Of a stretch of DNA of 64,000 nucleotides, positions 29,434-40,163 are shown one piece after another. Made by a program: the position numbers and the translations under genes. The notes under the pieces are model-generated. The model was given only the letters and a program-made list of their open reading frames with translations. It ran no database searches and was not told the DNA's origin. The stretch is from Vampirovibrionaceae bacterium NZW_1234 (GTDB lineage: Bacteria > Cyanobacteriota > Vampirovibrionia > Vampirovibrionales > JAGQHJ01). Where the stretch lies: positions 32,001-96,000 of the forward strand of contig JBGUGD010000002.1 in NCBI GenBank assembly GCA_041697335.1. Direction: 5' to 3'. Position 1 is the stretch's first letter. Each line of letters starts with the position of its first letter.

Positions 29434-32265
29434 TTAGCGCTGTGAAATAGAGAGTTGCACCGGTGCTGGGTTAGGGTTCCCGGCATGGGGCAAGGCCTTG
29501 GCCTGCAACACATAAGTGTGAGGGCTGCCTCCGTTGCCGGCGACAATGCCGCCGAGGGCGACCTGCTCCTGGTGGCCTTGGGGTTGCTTGAGGATGACTT
29601 GCACCTGGAGCGCTGCTTTTTCATCGAAGGGCTCATTCTTCACCACTCGGAATCCCGTCTGGGGGTTATAGCCGTAAACCAGATCGGCCCGTTCTTTTTT
29701 CAGCTTTTGAAGCTGGTCATAGCCGTTCCAGTAATTTTCGGCGGCTTCCTGATAAGTGCGGTACAGGTTGACCTGGGTGGCCTGGGTTAATACAAAGGAT
29801 TCCCAGAGCGAATTTTCCACCCCCTGGTAATAGGCCTTTACGGCGGTTTTTAATGCGTCTTTAATTAAGGATGACCCCAGCCCTCCGGCCGAGTAAGCCT
29901 CTCGCTGGCCCAGTTGCATCAAGCGCCGGCGATGTTGGTTCAACTTTTCCCCCTGGGCCTTTAGGGCCTCGGCGCCGATGCCGGGTTGGCCCATCATGCG
30001 GGCAAATTGAAGGCGGTCGCTTTGGGCAAAGCGACGGGCCAGATTGACGCCAAGGGTCTGGTTGCCCAGTTCTCGACCGTGCCGGGTAAGGCCGTCTTCG
30101 ATGGTTCTATAAATGGCTGTTTTGGCCACCTCGGCTGTGGTTAATGGATTGGACGTGCCTGCGCCAAGTTGTGTGTTGGCTTCATAAAGACCGTCCTGGT
30201 AAACGAAGTTTTCCGAATCCAGGACGCCGGAGGCATCTTCCAGGCCATATTGGACTCCGGCCATGGCTACTTTGTGCAAGGTCTCAATGAGAGCACCTGC
30301 CGGGCCTCCGCGTCCCCAGCCTTCGACAAAGACTTCGTAGGCATTTAGGCCAAAGTCAACGGCTGCGTTGGCCCGAGCTGTGTCCATGATGGCTCCGTTG
30401 TTGTGGACCAGATCGGTGAGGGTGGCCCAGACCCCATTGCCCTGGCTTACCGAGTCGCCATGAAGAATCGACAGGGTGTCAGAAGCTTGCTGGGCCTTGG
30501 CTTTGAAGTCAGCAAAGATGCTGTCCTTGGTTTCCTTGAGATGGCGCACGGCATCCGTCATCTTTTGGATTTCCTGATCTTTTTTCTGAAGCTCCTCGAA
30601 TGGGCCTCGCCATTCGGCCTGGTAGACCGGTTGCTGATTGGCCAGGACCTGAACCTGCTCAACAAACGGGGTGCCATTGGCATCAAGCTGACGTTTCTGG
30701 GTTTCTATCTGGAACCATTCGTCCTTGGTGGTATCGATATCTCGTAAGGTTGCAGCCAATAAATTATTGGCGATGTCGAGTTCACTGATGGCATGGGTTT
30801 CCTGTTTGCGAAGCGCCCAAAATTGATCGGTCAGGTTGTCGAGGGTTTGGCGGGCTTGTGCAATCTCGGCGGAGCGGTCCGGCAAGGGCGGTAATTTCTC
30901 TTTCAAGGCGGCCTCTATCCGGGCGAGCTGTTCTTTGAGGCTGTCCAAAGTCGCAATGAGTCGGGTGGCTTGTTGGCCCCGGTTTTGAGGAGGGAGCGCC
31001 AGAATCTGGTCTTCGGTTTGTTTGATGGACTGGGCGACGAAGTCTCGCTGCTGAACAAGCGTACGAGCATTTGCCGGGATTTCCCGCGGGGGGTTCTCCA
31101 GGTCGTTCAGAATTTTTCGCTGGGCAATAATCCGCTGATCCAGGGCCTGCTTTTGGGATTTGACCGCCTCGGCCTGGTTGAAAGCATGTTGAACCCGGGT
31201 GAGTTGCTCTGAAGCCACACGCTTGAGGCTTTCCATTTTTCGCTCCATGTCCAGGCTCTCGCGTTGTAGATCGAACATTCGGTTTTGCCATTCCCGTTGA
31301 TCCAGGGAAATGCCTTGGATGGTGTATTTTTTCAGCGGCTCTTCGGAGGTCTGGTTTAATGCTGGCGGGGTGTCCTGGCATGCAGTCAGGGGGTCTTCTT
31401 TTCGGCTGGCAGTCCAGTCGCCGCCAGTGGATTTGTCACCATAGCCCCAGGTGCCTCGCAAGGACTTCCCGTCTTCAGACAGCCGGAAGATCACGCCGCC
31501 GGAATCACTGGACCCGGCATAGGAAGGGTATTCGGCCCAGCGGCCGGTGAAGGTTTTTCCGTCAGCAGACATGGTCCCGCTGAGACGGCCTTTGTCATGA
31601 ACATAGGTTCCAGTGACTCTGTTGCCAGAAGTTTGTAACTCCATATCGCCCCAATTCGTGCTCCACTTACCGCTAAAGGCTGTGGCTGTTTCCGAGGGGG
31701 CTTGCGCGTCAAGAGGAATAACCCGGACGTTATCGATCAGCGCACCGTAATAGTCTCCGGTATTGTTGAGGCTGATAAATTTGAGGGTGGTGTTAGCACT
31801 GTTGGCGGTGAACTCCAGGGATTCGGTTTTCCAGTTGAGATCTCGGCCATGGGTAAACACGCGAGAGGCGTTGCCCACTTGGACGGAGATGCGCTTGATG
31901 TCCGGTGGCCCCGCGTTGTTTCCGGCCATTGAGAACGTCAGTTTGTAACGCTTGCCGGGTTGGGTCTGAAAGGTTTGGGACACAATACCAAAGCCGGGCG
32001 AGCCGTCCAGATCAATGTGGCGTTTGCCATGGGCACTGGGAAAGTAGGTGCCGATAAAATCCACGGTGTCCCGCTCAACCGTCCAGGCCGGCATGGTCTG
32101 AGAACCGGCCGAAACCACAATGAGACTGCCCGGGTCGGGGCCTTCTTCAAAGCTGCCGTTTCGAAGCAGATTCTGGCAGGATGGGGCATTCTGGGCCAAG
32201 GCCAGGCTATTGAAAGCCAGTGACACGGTGATGGCTAGGATGCCGAATAAACGTTGGTGATTCAT
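29434..32265 (-). CDS. Secreted protein: choice-of-anchor C/DUF642-like domain, small beta domain and long coiled coil
   Basis: Sec signal (…NSLALA); NLLRNGSFEEG…IDLDGS…YGALIDNVRV; FSGKWSTNWGDMEL; heptad-rich middle region. Confidence 0.8.
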   Translation of the reverse strand: MNHQRLFGILAITVSLAFNSLALAQNAPSCQNLLRNGSFEEGPDPGSLIVVSAGSQTMPAWTVERDTVDFIGTYFPSAHGKRHIDLDGSPGFGIVSQTFQTQPGKRYKLTFSMAGNNAGPPDIKRISVQVGNASRVFTHGRDLNWKTESLEFTANSANTTLKFISLNNTGDYYGALIDNVRVIPLDAQAPSETATAFSGKWSTNWGDMELQTSGNRVTGTYVHDKGRLSGTMSADGKTFTGRWAEYPSYAGSSDSGGVIFRLSEDGKSLRGTWGYGDKSTGGDWTASRKEDPLTACQDTPPALNQTSEEPLKKYTIQGISLDQREWQNRMFDLQRESLDMERKMESLKRVASEQLTRVQHAFNQAEAVKSQKQALDQRIIAQRKILNDLENPPREIPANARTLVQQRDFVAQSIKQTEDQILALPPQNRGQQATRLIATLDSLKEQLARIEAALKEKLPPLPDRSAEIAQARQTLDNLTDQFWALRKQETHAISELDIANNLLAATLRDIDTTKDEWFQIETQKRQLDANGTPFVEQVQVLANQQPVYQAEWRGPFEELQKKDQEIQKMTDAVRHLKETKDSIFADFKAKAQQASDTLSILHGDSVSQGNGVWATLTDLVHNNGAIMDTARANAAVDFGLNAYEVFVEGWGRGGPAGALIETLHKVAMAGVQYGLEDASGVLDSENFVYQDGLYEANTQLGAGTSNPLTTAEVAKTAIYRTIEDGLTRHGRELGNQTLGVNLARRFAQSDRLQFARMMGQPGIGAEALKAQGEKLNQHRRRLMQLGQREAYSAGGLGSSLIKDALKTAVKAYYQGVENSLWESFVLTQATQVNLYRTYQEAAENYWNGYDQLQKLKKERADLVYGYNPQTGFRVVKNEPFDEKAALQVQVILKQPQGHQEQVALGGIVAGNGGSPHTYVLQAKALPHAGNPNPAPVQLSISQR

Positions 32266-32564
32266 AGACGCTCTCTCCCACAGGCCTGAACAGTTCTGAA
32301 ATCATCTGTAAAAACCCCCGCATTTTCAAGCTCTGTAACAAAAGTATGTGCAAATGACAGATTCTGCTTTGTCCTGTGAAGTAAGTTTTGTATGATGCGA
32401 TTTCGTGTTATGGCAGTCGTATTTGGGGGCCGTTTTTTCGCTTTCTCCTCGAAACGTCGCTTTAATGGATGCTTTGCTCTGAAAGGACGATTTGCCCTGG
32501 GGCCGGGTCTCCTCTCTGCTATGGACATTGACCGTGATTTGGATAGAAAAGGTGGTTTTTGACG

Positions 32565-34799
32565 ATGACTTCGATACTGGGAATAACACCGCATGGAATG
32601 ACTGTGATGGCCTCTCGCAAGCGAGCCTCAAAATCGGCAATACCGGCACCTCAGGCTGCTTCCTCTCGGCAGGTGGCTGAAGGGCGTTTGCCTTCCTCTT
32701 CCGGGTTTCTTGCGGCCCAAGGGCATGTTGCCTTTGCGGGTGCTAAAAAACGGCTTGCGCCTCCCAGTGACCCGACGCTTGTTGAAACTCTGCACGGGCG
32801 ACAGGTGGCCGATCCCTACCGGCCTCTGGAAGATCTGGATTCGCCCAAGACCGTGGCCTGGTGGAAGGCCCAGAACAAGCGAACCGAAGCTTTTCTGGCA
32901 AAATCCAAAGCCCTTCGTCAACGTACCACCGCATGGCATGAGGCCATTCGCGATTTCTCCCGCGAAAGTACCGTGTCTCGCTACGGGCGAAATTATTTCT
33001 TTACACGCCAGGCCGGACTGGAGCCCCAGCCCACTTATTATGTGCGAAAAGGCAAAAAATCGGCGCAAGCCGAAGTCTTGATTGATCCGAACGCCTTGTC
33101 CAAAGATGGGACCGTGGCGCTGCAGACCTTTGATGTGAGCCCCAATGGCAAGCTGGTTGCCTATACCGTGAGTGAGGCAGGCAGTGACTGGCAAACCATG
33201 CGGTTTCGGGATGTGGAAACCGGCAAAGATGTTTTTGAAGAGTTGAAAGGTTTGCGTTTTACCGATGCCACCTGGGATGCCAACGGCAAAGGTGTCATTT
33301 ATGCCAAGCCCTTGCCTGAGTCTGAAGCCCCCGGCAAGCATTTTGCCCTGTACCACCATACGTTGGGACAGGATCAATCTCAGGATGTTCAAGTTTATAA
33401 GCGCCCGGATGTGGAGAATTCTTTTGTCGGTGCGTTCCGGCTGCGCAAGTCCGACCCGATGTTGTTTATTTCCGTCGGCAGTGGAACCAATCCGGAAAAT
33501 GGACTTTATGTGCGTAAACCGGGTCACAAGACCTTTCAGGAAATTTTACCGCCTAAGGTGGCCAAGCTGAGCCCCTTCTATCGGGACGGGGATACGCTGT
33601 ACGCCACCACGGATTTGGATGCCCCGCGTACCCGGCTGGTGTCCATTGACATGAACAACCCGGATCCCAAACGTTGGAAGACCTTGGTACCCGAAAGCCC
33701 GGATCCGTCCCATAAACTGCAATACGGCTTTGTGGCTGACGGGAAGATTCTGCTGGGCTGGTCCAAGGGTGGGGCGGATGCCTTGGAGATCTGTAATATG
33801 GATGGTTCTCACGTGGCTGATGCGCCGATTCCCCTGGGCTCTTCGCTGAGTTTCGGGCAGGTACGGCCCACGGATAAATCCTTTGAGGTGTCCATCGGAG
33901 GGTATCTTTCCCCGGGGACCCGCTATAAATATTCCGTGGCGGACAATACCCTGACGTTTGTGAAGAAAAGCGACATTCCCCGGGATTTGACCGACATTGC
34001 CGAGGTAGAGCGCCTGCATGCCACCTCCAAGGACGGAACGAAAGTCCCGATGTGGGTGATTCGTCCTAAAGATATGCCCAAGGACGGTTCTTCGGCGACG
34101 CTGCTTTACGGTTATGGCGGCTTTGACGTGTCGCTGGAACCCGGCTTCTCGTATAACATTATGCATTGGGTCGAAAACGGCGGGGTCTATGTGGTCGCCA
34201 ACTTGCGCGGGGGCGGAGAATTCGGCAAGCCCTGGTACAATGGGGGGCGTCTGAAAAACAAGCAGAATGTGTTTGACGACTTTGCCGCATGTGCCGAGAA
34301 ACTCATTAAAGACGGCTATACCCGGCCGGAACGCCTGGCCATTAATGGTGGCTCCAACGGTGGACTGCTGACCGCCGTAACGGCCCAGCAGTATCCGCAC
34401 TTGTTCGGGGCAGTGGTCTCGGAAGTGCCGGTGACGGATATGCTGCGCTTTCATACCAATAACTTTGGGGCCGCCTGGATGTCTGATTACGGTGACCCGA
34501 CGAAAAAAAAGGATTTTAAGGTCTCTATCCAGTACTCGCCCCTGCATAATGTCCGCCCCGCCAGTGAGGTAACCTATCCGCCCACGTTGATTATGACCGG
34601 TGATCACGATGATCGGGTGGCGCCATGGCATGCCTTCAAATGGGCGGCCACTCGCCAGGCCCAAGGCCATGAGGCGACCACGTTCTTGCGTGTCTCCGAG
34701 CGTGCAGGCCATGGGGCGGGCAAGCCGACCAAGAAAATTATCGAGGAAAGCGCCGATCGCTACGCCTTTTTAGTACAGACCCTGGGGCCGTTAAGATAA
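32565..34799 (+). CDS. Prolyl oligopeptidase (S9A) with an N-terminal low-complexity leader
   Basis: VADPYRPLED, LLYGYGGF, NLRGGGEFG, GGSNGG (Ser), DHDDRV (Asp) and AGHG (His). Confidence 0.97.
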   Translation: MTSILGITPHGMTVMASRKRASKSAIPAPQAASSRQVAEGRLPSSSGFLAAQGHVAFAGAKKRLAPPSDPTLVETLHGRQVADPYRPLEDLDSPKTVAWWKAQNKRTEAFLAKSKALRQRTTAWHEAIRDFSRESTVSRYGRNYFFTRQAGLEPQPTYYVRKGKKSAQAEVLIDPNALSKDGTVALQTFDVSPNGKLVAYTVSEAGSDWQTMRFRDVETGKDVFEELKGLRFTDATWDANGKGVIYAKPLPESEAPGKHFALYHHTLGQDQSQDVQVYKRPDVENSFVGAFRLRKSDPMLFISVGSGTNPENGLYVRKPGHKTFQEILPPKVAKLSPFYRDGDTLYATTDLDAPRTRLVSIDMNNPDPKRWKTLVPESPDPSHKLQYGFVADGKILLGWSKGGADALEICNMDGSHVADAPIPLGSSLSFGQVRPTDKSFEVSIGGYLSPGTRYKYSVADNTLTFVKKSDIPRDLTDIAEVERLHATSKDGTKVPMWVIRPKDMPKDGSSATLLYGYGGFDVSLEPGFSYNIMHWVENGGVYVVANLRGGGEFGKPWYNGGRLKNKQNVFDDFAACAEKLIKDGYTRPERLAINGGSNGGLLTAVTAQQYPHLFGAVVSEVPVTDMLRFHTNNFGAAWMSDYGDPTKKKDFKVSIQYSPLHNVRPASEVTYPPTLIMTGDHDDRVAPWHAFKWAATRQAQGHEATTFLRVSERAGHGAGKPTKKIIEESADRYAFLVQTLGPLR

Positions 34800-34803
34800 G
34801 TCT

Positions 34804-35478
34804 TTAGCCCCATAATTTTGAGGCCAAGTTACCCATGCCATGGATGTTGCGGTAGATGATCATGGCGATTTTATTTCCCAGATTGGCAATTTGTTTGTCG
34901 GACCGGATTTGGCCCAAATTTTCGGTTTTGATGAACTTGTTGATGTCATTTGGGTTGCTGCTGACGAGGCCGAGTTGACCTGTAAGACCCCATTTCTTAA
35001 AAGGTTGTTGGAAGGCCTGTCCCAGGTTTTGGGTTACAAAATCGTCGTGCTCGTCCAGAGTCAGGATGTCAACGCCTTTGGTGTTCCCAATGACTGCGGC
35101 GACAAGCTTATCGTCCAGATAGATTTGTACGGATTCCAAACCGGGGCCGGTCAGATTCTCGTCTCGGAAGGAGTCGCCCTCTAAAGTGGAGCCGCCACTG
35201 GAAGAGCTCGTCATGACCCGCTCTGTTTGATTCCCTGCCAGATCTTGAAAGCCATTGACCAAGGCGTCTCGGATATTGCGAATTGCTTCGTTGGCGGAAA
35301 AACTGAACTCCAAGGACGTGATACTTTGGCGGGCTTCCTGATCCTTCCCGCGCCATACCTCTCTGCGGGTCCATTCGCCGACTTTTTTGTCGACGGCGGA
35401 GGATGTGCTAATTCTGTCAGGTAAGGCTTTGTTGAAGCGAATTTCAAAATGCGATCCGAAGCGCGGTTGGATGTTCAT
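34804..35478 (-). CDS. Hypothetical protein (MNIQPRFG…)
   Basis: RBS AAGGAG before ATG 35478; the upstream part of the ORF-track call is probably non-coding. Confidence 0.8.
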   Translation of the reverse strand: MNIQPRFGSHFEIRFNKALPDRISTSSAVDKKVGEWTRREVWRGKDQEARQSITSLEFSFSANEAIRNIRDALVNGFQDLAGNQTERVMTSSSSGGSTLEGDSFRDENLTGPGLESVQIYLDDKLVAAVIGNTKGVDILTLDEHDDFVTQNLGQAFQQPFKKWGLTGQLGLVSSNPNDINKFIKTENLGQIRSDKQIANLGNKIAMIIYRNIHGMGNLASKLWG

Positions 35479-35699
35479 ATACGAGGGCTCCTTGGGCTTA
35501 TGAGGATAAGGGGGTGAGTCTACAACGTGACTGAAGAAGCAAAATTGCCTGCCTTTTTTTGAAATCCGACTACACTGTCCATGGGATTTGTGTCGGGGCC
35601 GGGTCCATTGCCTGAAGGAAATTGTGTGGCCGATCATGAAGATCAGGGGGCCAGAGACCGACACACCCGATACGTGGAAGAACAGTCATTCGAGAGACC

Positions 35700-36995
35700 A
35701 TGGTTACACAGCTTTATACTGCACCATTAAAGCCTTATAACGCTGCCCACGCCCAGAAAGGCGTTGGGGCTCCCTTGGGGCAGGCCAAGTCATCGGAGCT
35801 GACCACCAATCCCGATGACGACGGATCGCAGAACGGGTCCCATACGCTGGCGGCTTTGCAGGATCAGAGCCAGAACGGGGTGATCAACATTCAGGCGGTT
35901 CTGGTGGATTTCCAGAGCACCATGGATGCCTTGGGGGTGACGCCCGAGGTGCGCCAGGAAGTGGCTCCCTATCTTCAAGTGGTGGCGCATCAGGCTCAGC
36001 GTCCCCAGCCGGTGGCGGGCCTGGTGAAACAGAATTTACGCATCGCCGGGGATACCCTGGATCAGTTTATTTCCGAAACCCTGGGGCAACCCTCCAACGT
36101 GGTTCGAGAATGGGTCGATGCCCTGTTGCTGCAGCCCATCAACTTCAAGAGTGATACACCCATTGTGATTCATACCGGTGTGGAGGCAGGCATGGCTGCG
36201 CCCATGGCCCCGGCTTCCGGACCGATTCAGGACCATGGCGCAGCAAGTTCGGATTCTCTGGACACCGGCTCATCGGAGTTGGCTGATGTAGACCAGCGCT
36301 TTATCAAGCAAGCCCTGCAGGATGCCAAGCTGGCCATGAAGGAAAATCGCCTGGATGATGCTATGGGCAAGTATCAGGGCATTTTGGATAAGCTGGATGG
36401 GCAGGATTATCCCTTGGTGAAGGGGCGGGTTCTCTATCAGATGGGACGTGTCCAGGAAAAAGGACGCAATCTGGAGGGGGCTGTCGACTATTATCAGAAC
36501 GCTCTGGATACCTTGCCGGAGAAGGCGGCCCTGGAATTGCGGGGGAAAGTGTGCCGGGCTTATGGGCAGGTATTACAACAGCAAGGCAACATTGATCAGG
36601 CAATTACGATTTTTCAGCAGGGCATCGGGATTCAGGCTGCGTTGGGTAATGCTGCCGAGCAGGGACAGATGCGCAACTTGCTGGGTATGGTCTATATGCG
36701 CCAAGGCCAGGTGGAGCAGGCCCAAACGCAGTTTGAGTCCGCCCTGGTTCTGGCTCAGGAGTCGGACCCGGCCATGGTGACCGATGTGTTGAGTAATCTG
36801 GGGAGCTTATCTCGCAAGGCTGGGCGATATGCCAAGGCCATGGGTTATTACAAGCAGTCCTATGAAGCGGCCAGTGCTCGCCAGGATGTTGACGGGATGC
36901 GTCAAACCTTGCAGACCATGGCCTCGCTGTACCTGGATACGGGTAAGCCGGAAAAGGCGTATAAGATTCTTGAGAAGGCTCTATTTAAAGTTTAG
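35700..36995 (+). CDS. Tetratricopeptide repeat protein
   Basis: Several TPR units (LYQMGRV…A…YY…AL; LSNLGSL…GRY.KA…Y). Confidence 0.88.
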   Translation: MVTQLYTAPLKPYNAAHAQKGVGAPLGQAKSSELTTNPDDDGSQNGSHTLAALQDQSQNGVINIQAVLVDFQSTMDALGVTPEVRQEVAPYLQVVAHQAQRPQPVAGLVKQNLRIAGDTLDQFISETLGQPSNVVREWVDALLLQPINFKSDTPIVIHTGVEAGMAAPMAPASGPIQDHGAASSDSLDTGSSELADVDQRFIKQALQDAKLAMKENRLDDAMGKYQGILDKLDGQDYPLVKGRVLYQMGRVQEKGRNLEGAVDYYQNALDTLPEKAALELRGKVCRAYGQVLQQQGNIDQAITIFQQGIGIQAALGNAAEQGQMRNLLGMVYMRQGQVEQAQTQFESALVLAQESDPAMVTDVLSNLGSLSRKAGRYAKAMGYYKQSYEAASARQDVDGMRQTLQTMASLYLDTGKPEKAYKILEKALFKV

Positions 36996-38719
36996 TGTTC
37001 CAGCAGGTGGTAATTCAGTCTTTTGCAGACCTTCTGAAGATAAGGTTCGGTATCCAGGGGGCTTTTGAAGCCCAGTTGGCGGGAAAATTCTTCCGGGGGC
37101 AAGTTGCCCTGTTTCCAAAGCGAGATTAAAAACGTTCCGGCGTCCGGATTTTTGAACCAGTCATCGCCCCGATGTTTAGGTGTGCCAAAGGTTTTTGCCA
37201 GATAGCTTTCGAGTTGTTCCGAGAGCAGCTGCCCCAAGACGTAATCGGCAACATACAGATCCGGGTCGATGATTTCGGCCCAGCGTGAGCGCTCATATGT
37301 GGAGATGTGCAGCGTGTCAAACAGATCGTTGTAAAAACGTTGGGGCTTATTGTCGATGGGGGTGCCGTCATACAGTGATAACTCAAAACTCAGTTTGCAT
37401 CGGTTTCGACGCAATTGGGTCATATGCTGGAAAGTCACCAATTGGCTAAACAGGATAGCATCGCTTTTTTCCACTCCCATGACGCGGGTGAGCCAGTGGG
37501 GGTTGCTGAAGAGTTTTTCAAACAGGAAGGCGTAAGCTTCGGTCACGGCATTGTTTCCGGAGGCGGCCAAGGGACTGGGGAGCTTTTTATCGACGTTGGC
37601 ATAGTGGTTGGCATGACCTGCTTCGTGTAATTGACAGCGGCCTTCGTCCCAACCGGACCGCCCAGCCGTTGACAACCAGACCTCTTTGCCGCCTTGCCCG
37701 ATGGTGACGAAGGCCCGAGGAGCTTTGGTGCTTCGTGAGGTCAGATCCATAAAAATCCGTTTGGCCTTGCGAGGGGAGTTGAGGAATTGGGTAAAGTCTT
37801 CCGGGGTTTCAAACTTAACCGTTTGGGCTTGTTGGGTAAAGGGAATACCCAAGGTATTCATGGTTTGCATGGTTTTTCGGAGCCAGTCGCCACTGTGGAG
37901 TCCTGGCGAGGGTTTTCCAATAAACCAGTTTCGATAAAGCCAGCTTGTGGCAATTGTGTCGGGGGTAACGGTTCTGGTGTCCTCTTCATGACGGCGAAAT
38001 TCGTAGGAACGCTTAAAACGTTGGTAGCTGGCCCAATAGGTCGGGTCGGTTTTCTGTATCACTTCCTTGGTTTTGGCCAAGAGCGCATCGTAATCGTGGT
38101 GGTTGGCGACCTGGTAAAAAGTCTTTAGGTTCGCGAAGCCGAGGGTCTGAACATGATGGGACGCTCTGTTGAGAAAGGTGACAAATTGTGTGACGAGCGC
38201 GGGTCGGCTTTTCAGCACGAGATCAATAAAGCTGCTGGTGTCGATGCGATGATGCAGGTTTTGAATGGCATCGCGTTGCTTGGTCGTGTGCCTTTCCAGG
38301 CTGTCTCTCAAGCTGTCGGTATAAAGGCGGCGAAGAAGCAAATTGTCGGGGTGAGTCTCGTGGAGTTTTCTGAGGCGTTGAAGCGTTGCTGGGGCATACA
38401 GGGGTTCATAGCGTTTGAGGAGTCTGGTGGAAGCCAACTTTCGTTTGAGTCGTGCCGCAAATACCTGGTAGTGAAGTCGCGCCATATCCCGGCGTAATCC
38501 TTCAGATAACTGGAGGGTGGCCTTTATAAACTCAACATCCGAGGGGGAGAGGTTTTTCGGTAAATACGTTCTGAGATTCTGAGCACGGTTGCCGGAAAAA
38601 AGGACATGGGGTTGATGTACACAGCTGGGGACATGCCGGAGCTGTGCAGGCAGCGGAGATATGTCATAGGGACGGCTAAGAATGGGGGGAATATGCATTG
38701 GGAGTCCCAACATGTTCAA
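36992..38719 (-). CDS. M3-like (gluzincin) zinc metallopeptidase
   Basis: LHEAGHANH (HExxH) plus a downstream AVTEAYAFLFE third ligand. Confidence 0.8.
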   Translation of the reverse strand: MNMLGLPMHIPPILSRPYDISPLPAQLRHVPSCVHQPHVLFSGNRAQNLRTYLPKNLSPSDVEFIKATLQLSEGLRRDMARLHYQVFAARLKRKLASTRLLKRYEPLYAPATLQRLRKLHETHPDNLLLRRLYTDSLRDSLERHTTKQRDAIQNLHHRIDTSSFIDLVLKSRPALVTQFVTFLNRASHHVQTLGFANLKTFYQVANHHDYDALLAKTKEVIQKTDPTYWASYQRFKRSYEFRRHEEDTRTVTPDTIATSWLYRNWFIGKPSPGLHSGDWLRKTMQTMNTLGIPFTQQAQTVKFETPEDFTQFLNSPRKAKRIFMDLTSRSTKAPRAFVTIGQGGKEVWLSTAGRSGWDEGRCQLHEAGHANHYANVDKKLPSPLAASGNNAVTEAYAFLFEKLFSNPHWLTRVMGVEKSDAILFSQLVTFQHMTQLRRNRCKLSFELSLYDGTPIDNKPQRFYNDLFDTLHISTYERSRWAEIIDPDLYVADYVLGQLLSEQLESYLAKTFGTPKHRGDDWFKNPDAGTFLISLWKQGNLPPEEFSRQLGFKSPLDTEPYLQKVCKRLNYHLLEH

Positions 38720-38796
38720 CTGGCCATGAAAAAACGAAGGCGACTTTAAAAATGCGTCGTTTGGATATCAGGATGGCTTCGAACTTAACGAAGACG

Positions 38797-40035
38797 CTAA
38801 ACCGTATCCAAGGCCCGCTCCAGAACAATTCGTCCGTTAATCCAGACCATAAGCGGCTGAGTCTCCGGATCGAGCAAAATCTCGAAGGGATCGTGAATCC
38901 CTGCGGATGGGTGCCACCAGAGAACCATATCAGCGGCCATGCCGGGTGCCAGATACCCCACTTCATGATCCCGGTGAAGGGCTTTAGCCCCGTGGCGCGT
39001 CAATAGCAGGAGGGTTTCCTCGGCGCTGAGGCCATGGAGACGTCGGGCCTCCCGGGCTTCGGCCCGCATGTCCAAATCCGGGCAGGAGAAGCGGCTGTCT
39101 GTGCCGAGGCCAATGGGAATACCTTGCATGAGGCGTGCTTTTAGGTTGGGTAGGGTCTTGCCGGTCAACCATTGGTTGCTGCGGGGGCAGTGGACCAGGC
39201 TGGCACCCGAGGTTTGGATTTGTTTCCAGTCGGCTTCGGATAAGAAAGTCCCATGGGCCAGAATGGTTCGGTCATTGAGATAGTCTGCCATGGTCTCAAG
39301 AGGACTGATGCCGGTGCGGGTAGGGCCAAAAGTCTTGCCTAAAAAGCGAAGATGAACCTCATCCAGCGAGGAGGCGCCGTTGAGAAACCAGTCTATTTCT
39401 GCCTGAGTTTCTGCAATATGGGTATGTATCATCGGGGGAGACAGCTCTTTTAAAGCCTTTGCCCACGCACTTGGGCTGACATTGTAGGGGGAATGGGGAG
39501 ATAGGCCAATCTCCAGAAGCGGATGGAGAGCAAACCGGTTTTGAAGCTCATGCACTCGACTGGTGACGGAGGTCAGATCCGGATCCTTGTCATGGCCCGG
39601 GTAAAAGAATTCCGGAGACACGATGCCCCGCATCCCTATCTGAGACAGTGCGTCGAGTGAGGCCCCATCGGAGGTGATGTCATTTACAAAGGTGGTTCCC
39701 GTGCGAATGAGTTCCAGAATACTTTTTAAACAGTTTTGCAGCCGATCGGCTTTGGTCTGGGCCTTGTTTTGCGCCGTGACCTGCGACAGCCAGTCGGCCA
39801 TGCTTTCCTCGGGTAGAATGGGTGTGGGGCTGCTCGCATACAGTTCCAGGTGTGTGTGGGCATTGATGAAGCCAGGGGCCAGGATCGTTGTGCCGCCTTC
39901 TCGTTCCTCGGTGCTCTCATACTCTCGTTCAATGTGGGCCACCAGACCTGTCGATTTGTCGATGGCAACAGCTCCGCCTTCCAAGGGCGGAAGGTCCATG
40001 GTCACAATCCAGTCAGCCGGGTTCACATCAATCAT
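38797..40035 (-). CDS. Metal-dependent amidohydrolase (deaminase-like)
   Basis: PGFINAHTHLE, SPHSPY, HTHIAE, HCPRSN and LGTDS; start placed at ATG 40035. Confidence 0.92.
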   Translation of the reverse strand: MIDVNPADWIVTMDLPPLEGGAVAIDKSTGLVAHIEREYESTEEREGGTTILAPGFINAHTHLELYASSPTPILPEESMADWLSQVTAQNKAQTKADRLQNCLKSILELIRTGTTFVNDITSDGASLDALSQIGMRGIVSPEFFYPGHDKDPDLTSVTSRVHELQNRFALHPLLEIGLSPHSPYNVSPSAWAKALKELSPPMIHTHIAETQAEIDWFLNGASSLDEVHLRFLGKTFGPTRTGISPLETMADYLNDRTILAHGTFLSEADWKQIQTSGASLVHCPRSNQWLTGKTLPNLKARLMQGIPIGLGTDSRFSCPDLDMRAEAREARRLHGLSAEETLLLLTRHGAKALHRDHEVGYLAPGMAADMVLWWHPSAGIHDPFEILLDPETQPLMVWINGRIVLERALDTV

Positions 40036-40041
40036 GAGGCT

Positions 40042-40070
40042 ATTGTATGCCGAACCCAACGTATCGCCAA
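40042..40070 (-). promoter_or_regulatory. Sigma70-type promoter abutting the amidohydrolase start codon
   Basis: TTGGCG-17 nt-TACAAT-6 nt-ATG, with no Shine-Dalgarno. Confidence 0.55.
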
Positions 40071-40163
40071 CTCTTGGGGTATTTGGGCCATCCTCTTTTG
40101 TTGCGGCAATGTTAATGGCATAATGGGGACGCGTTTTAGTGCGGTGAAAAGGGACAATTCCGG

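Noticed and set aside
32628..34712. Long antisense ORFs (299 and 388 aa) over the prolyl oligopeptidase, and similar ones over glmS, stomatin, Lon and the MCP
   Set aside because: Codon-bias shadows of well-supported genes, with no motifs or RBS.
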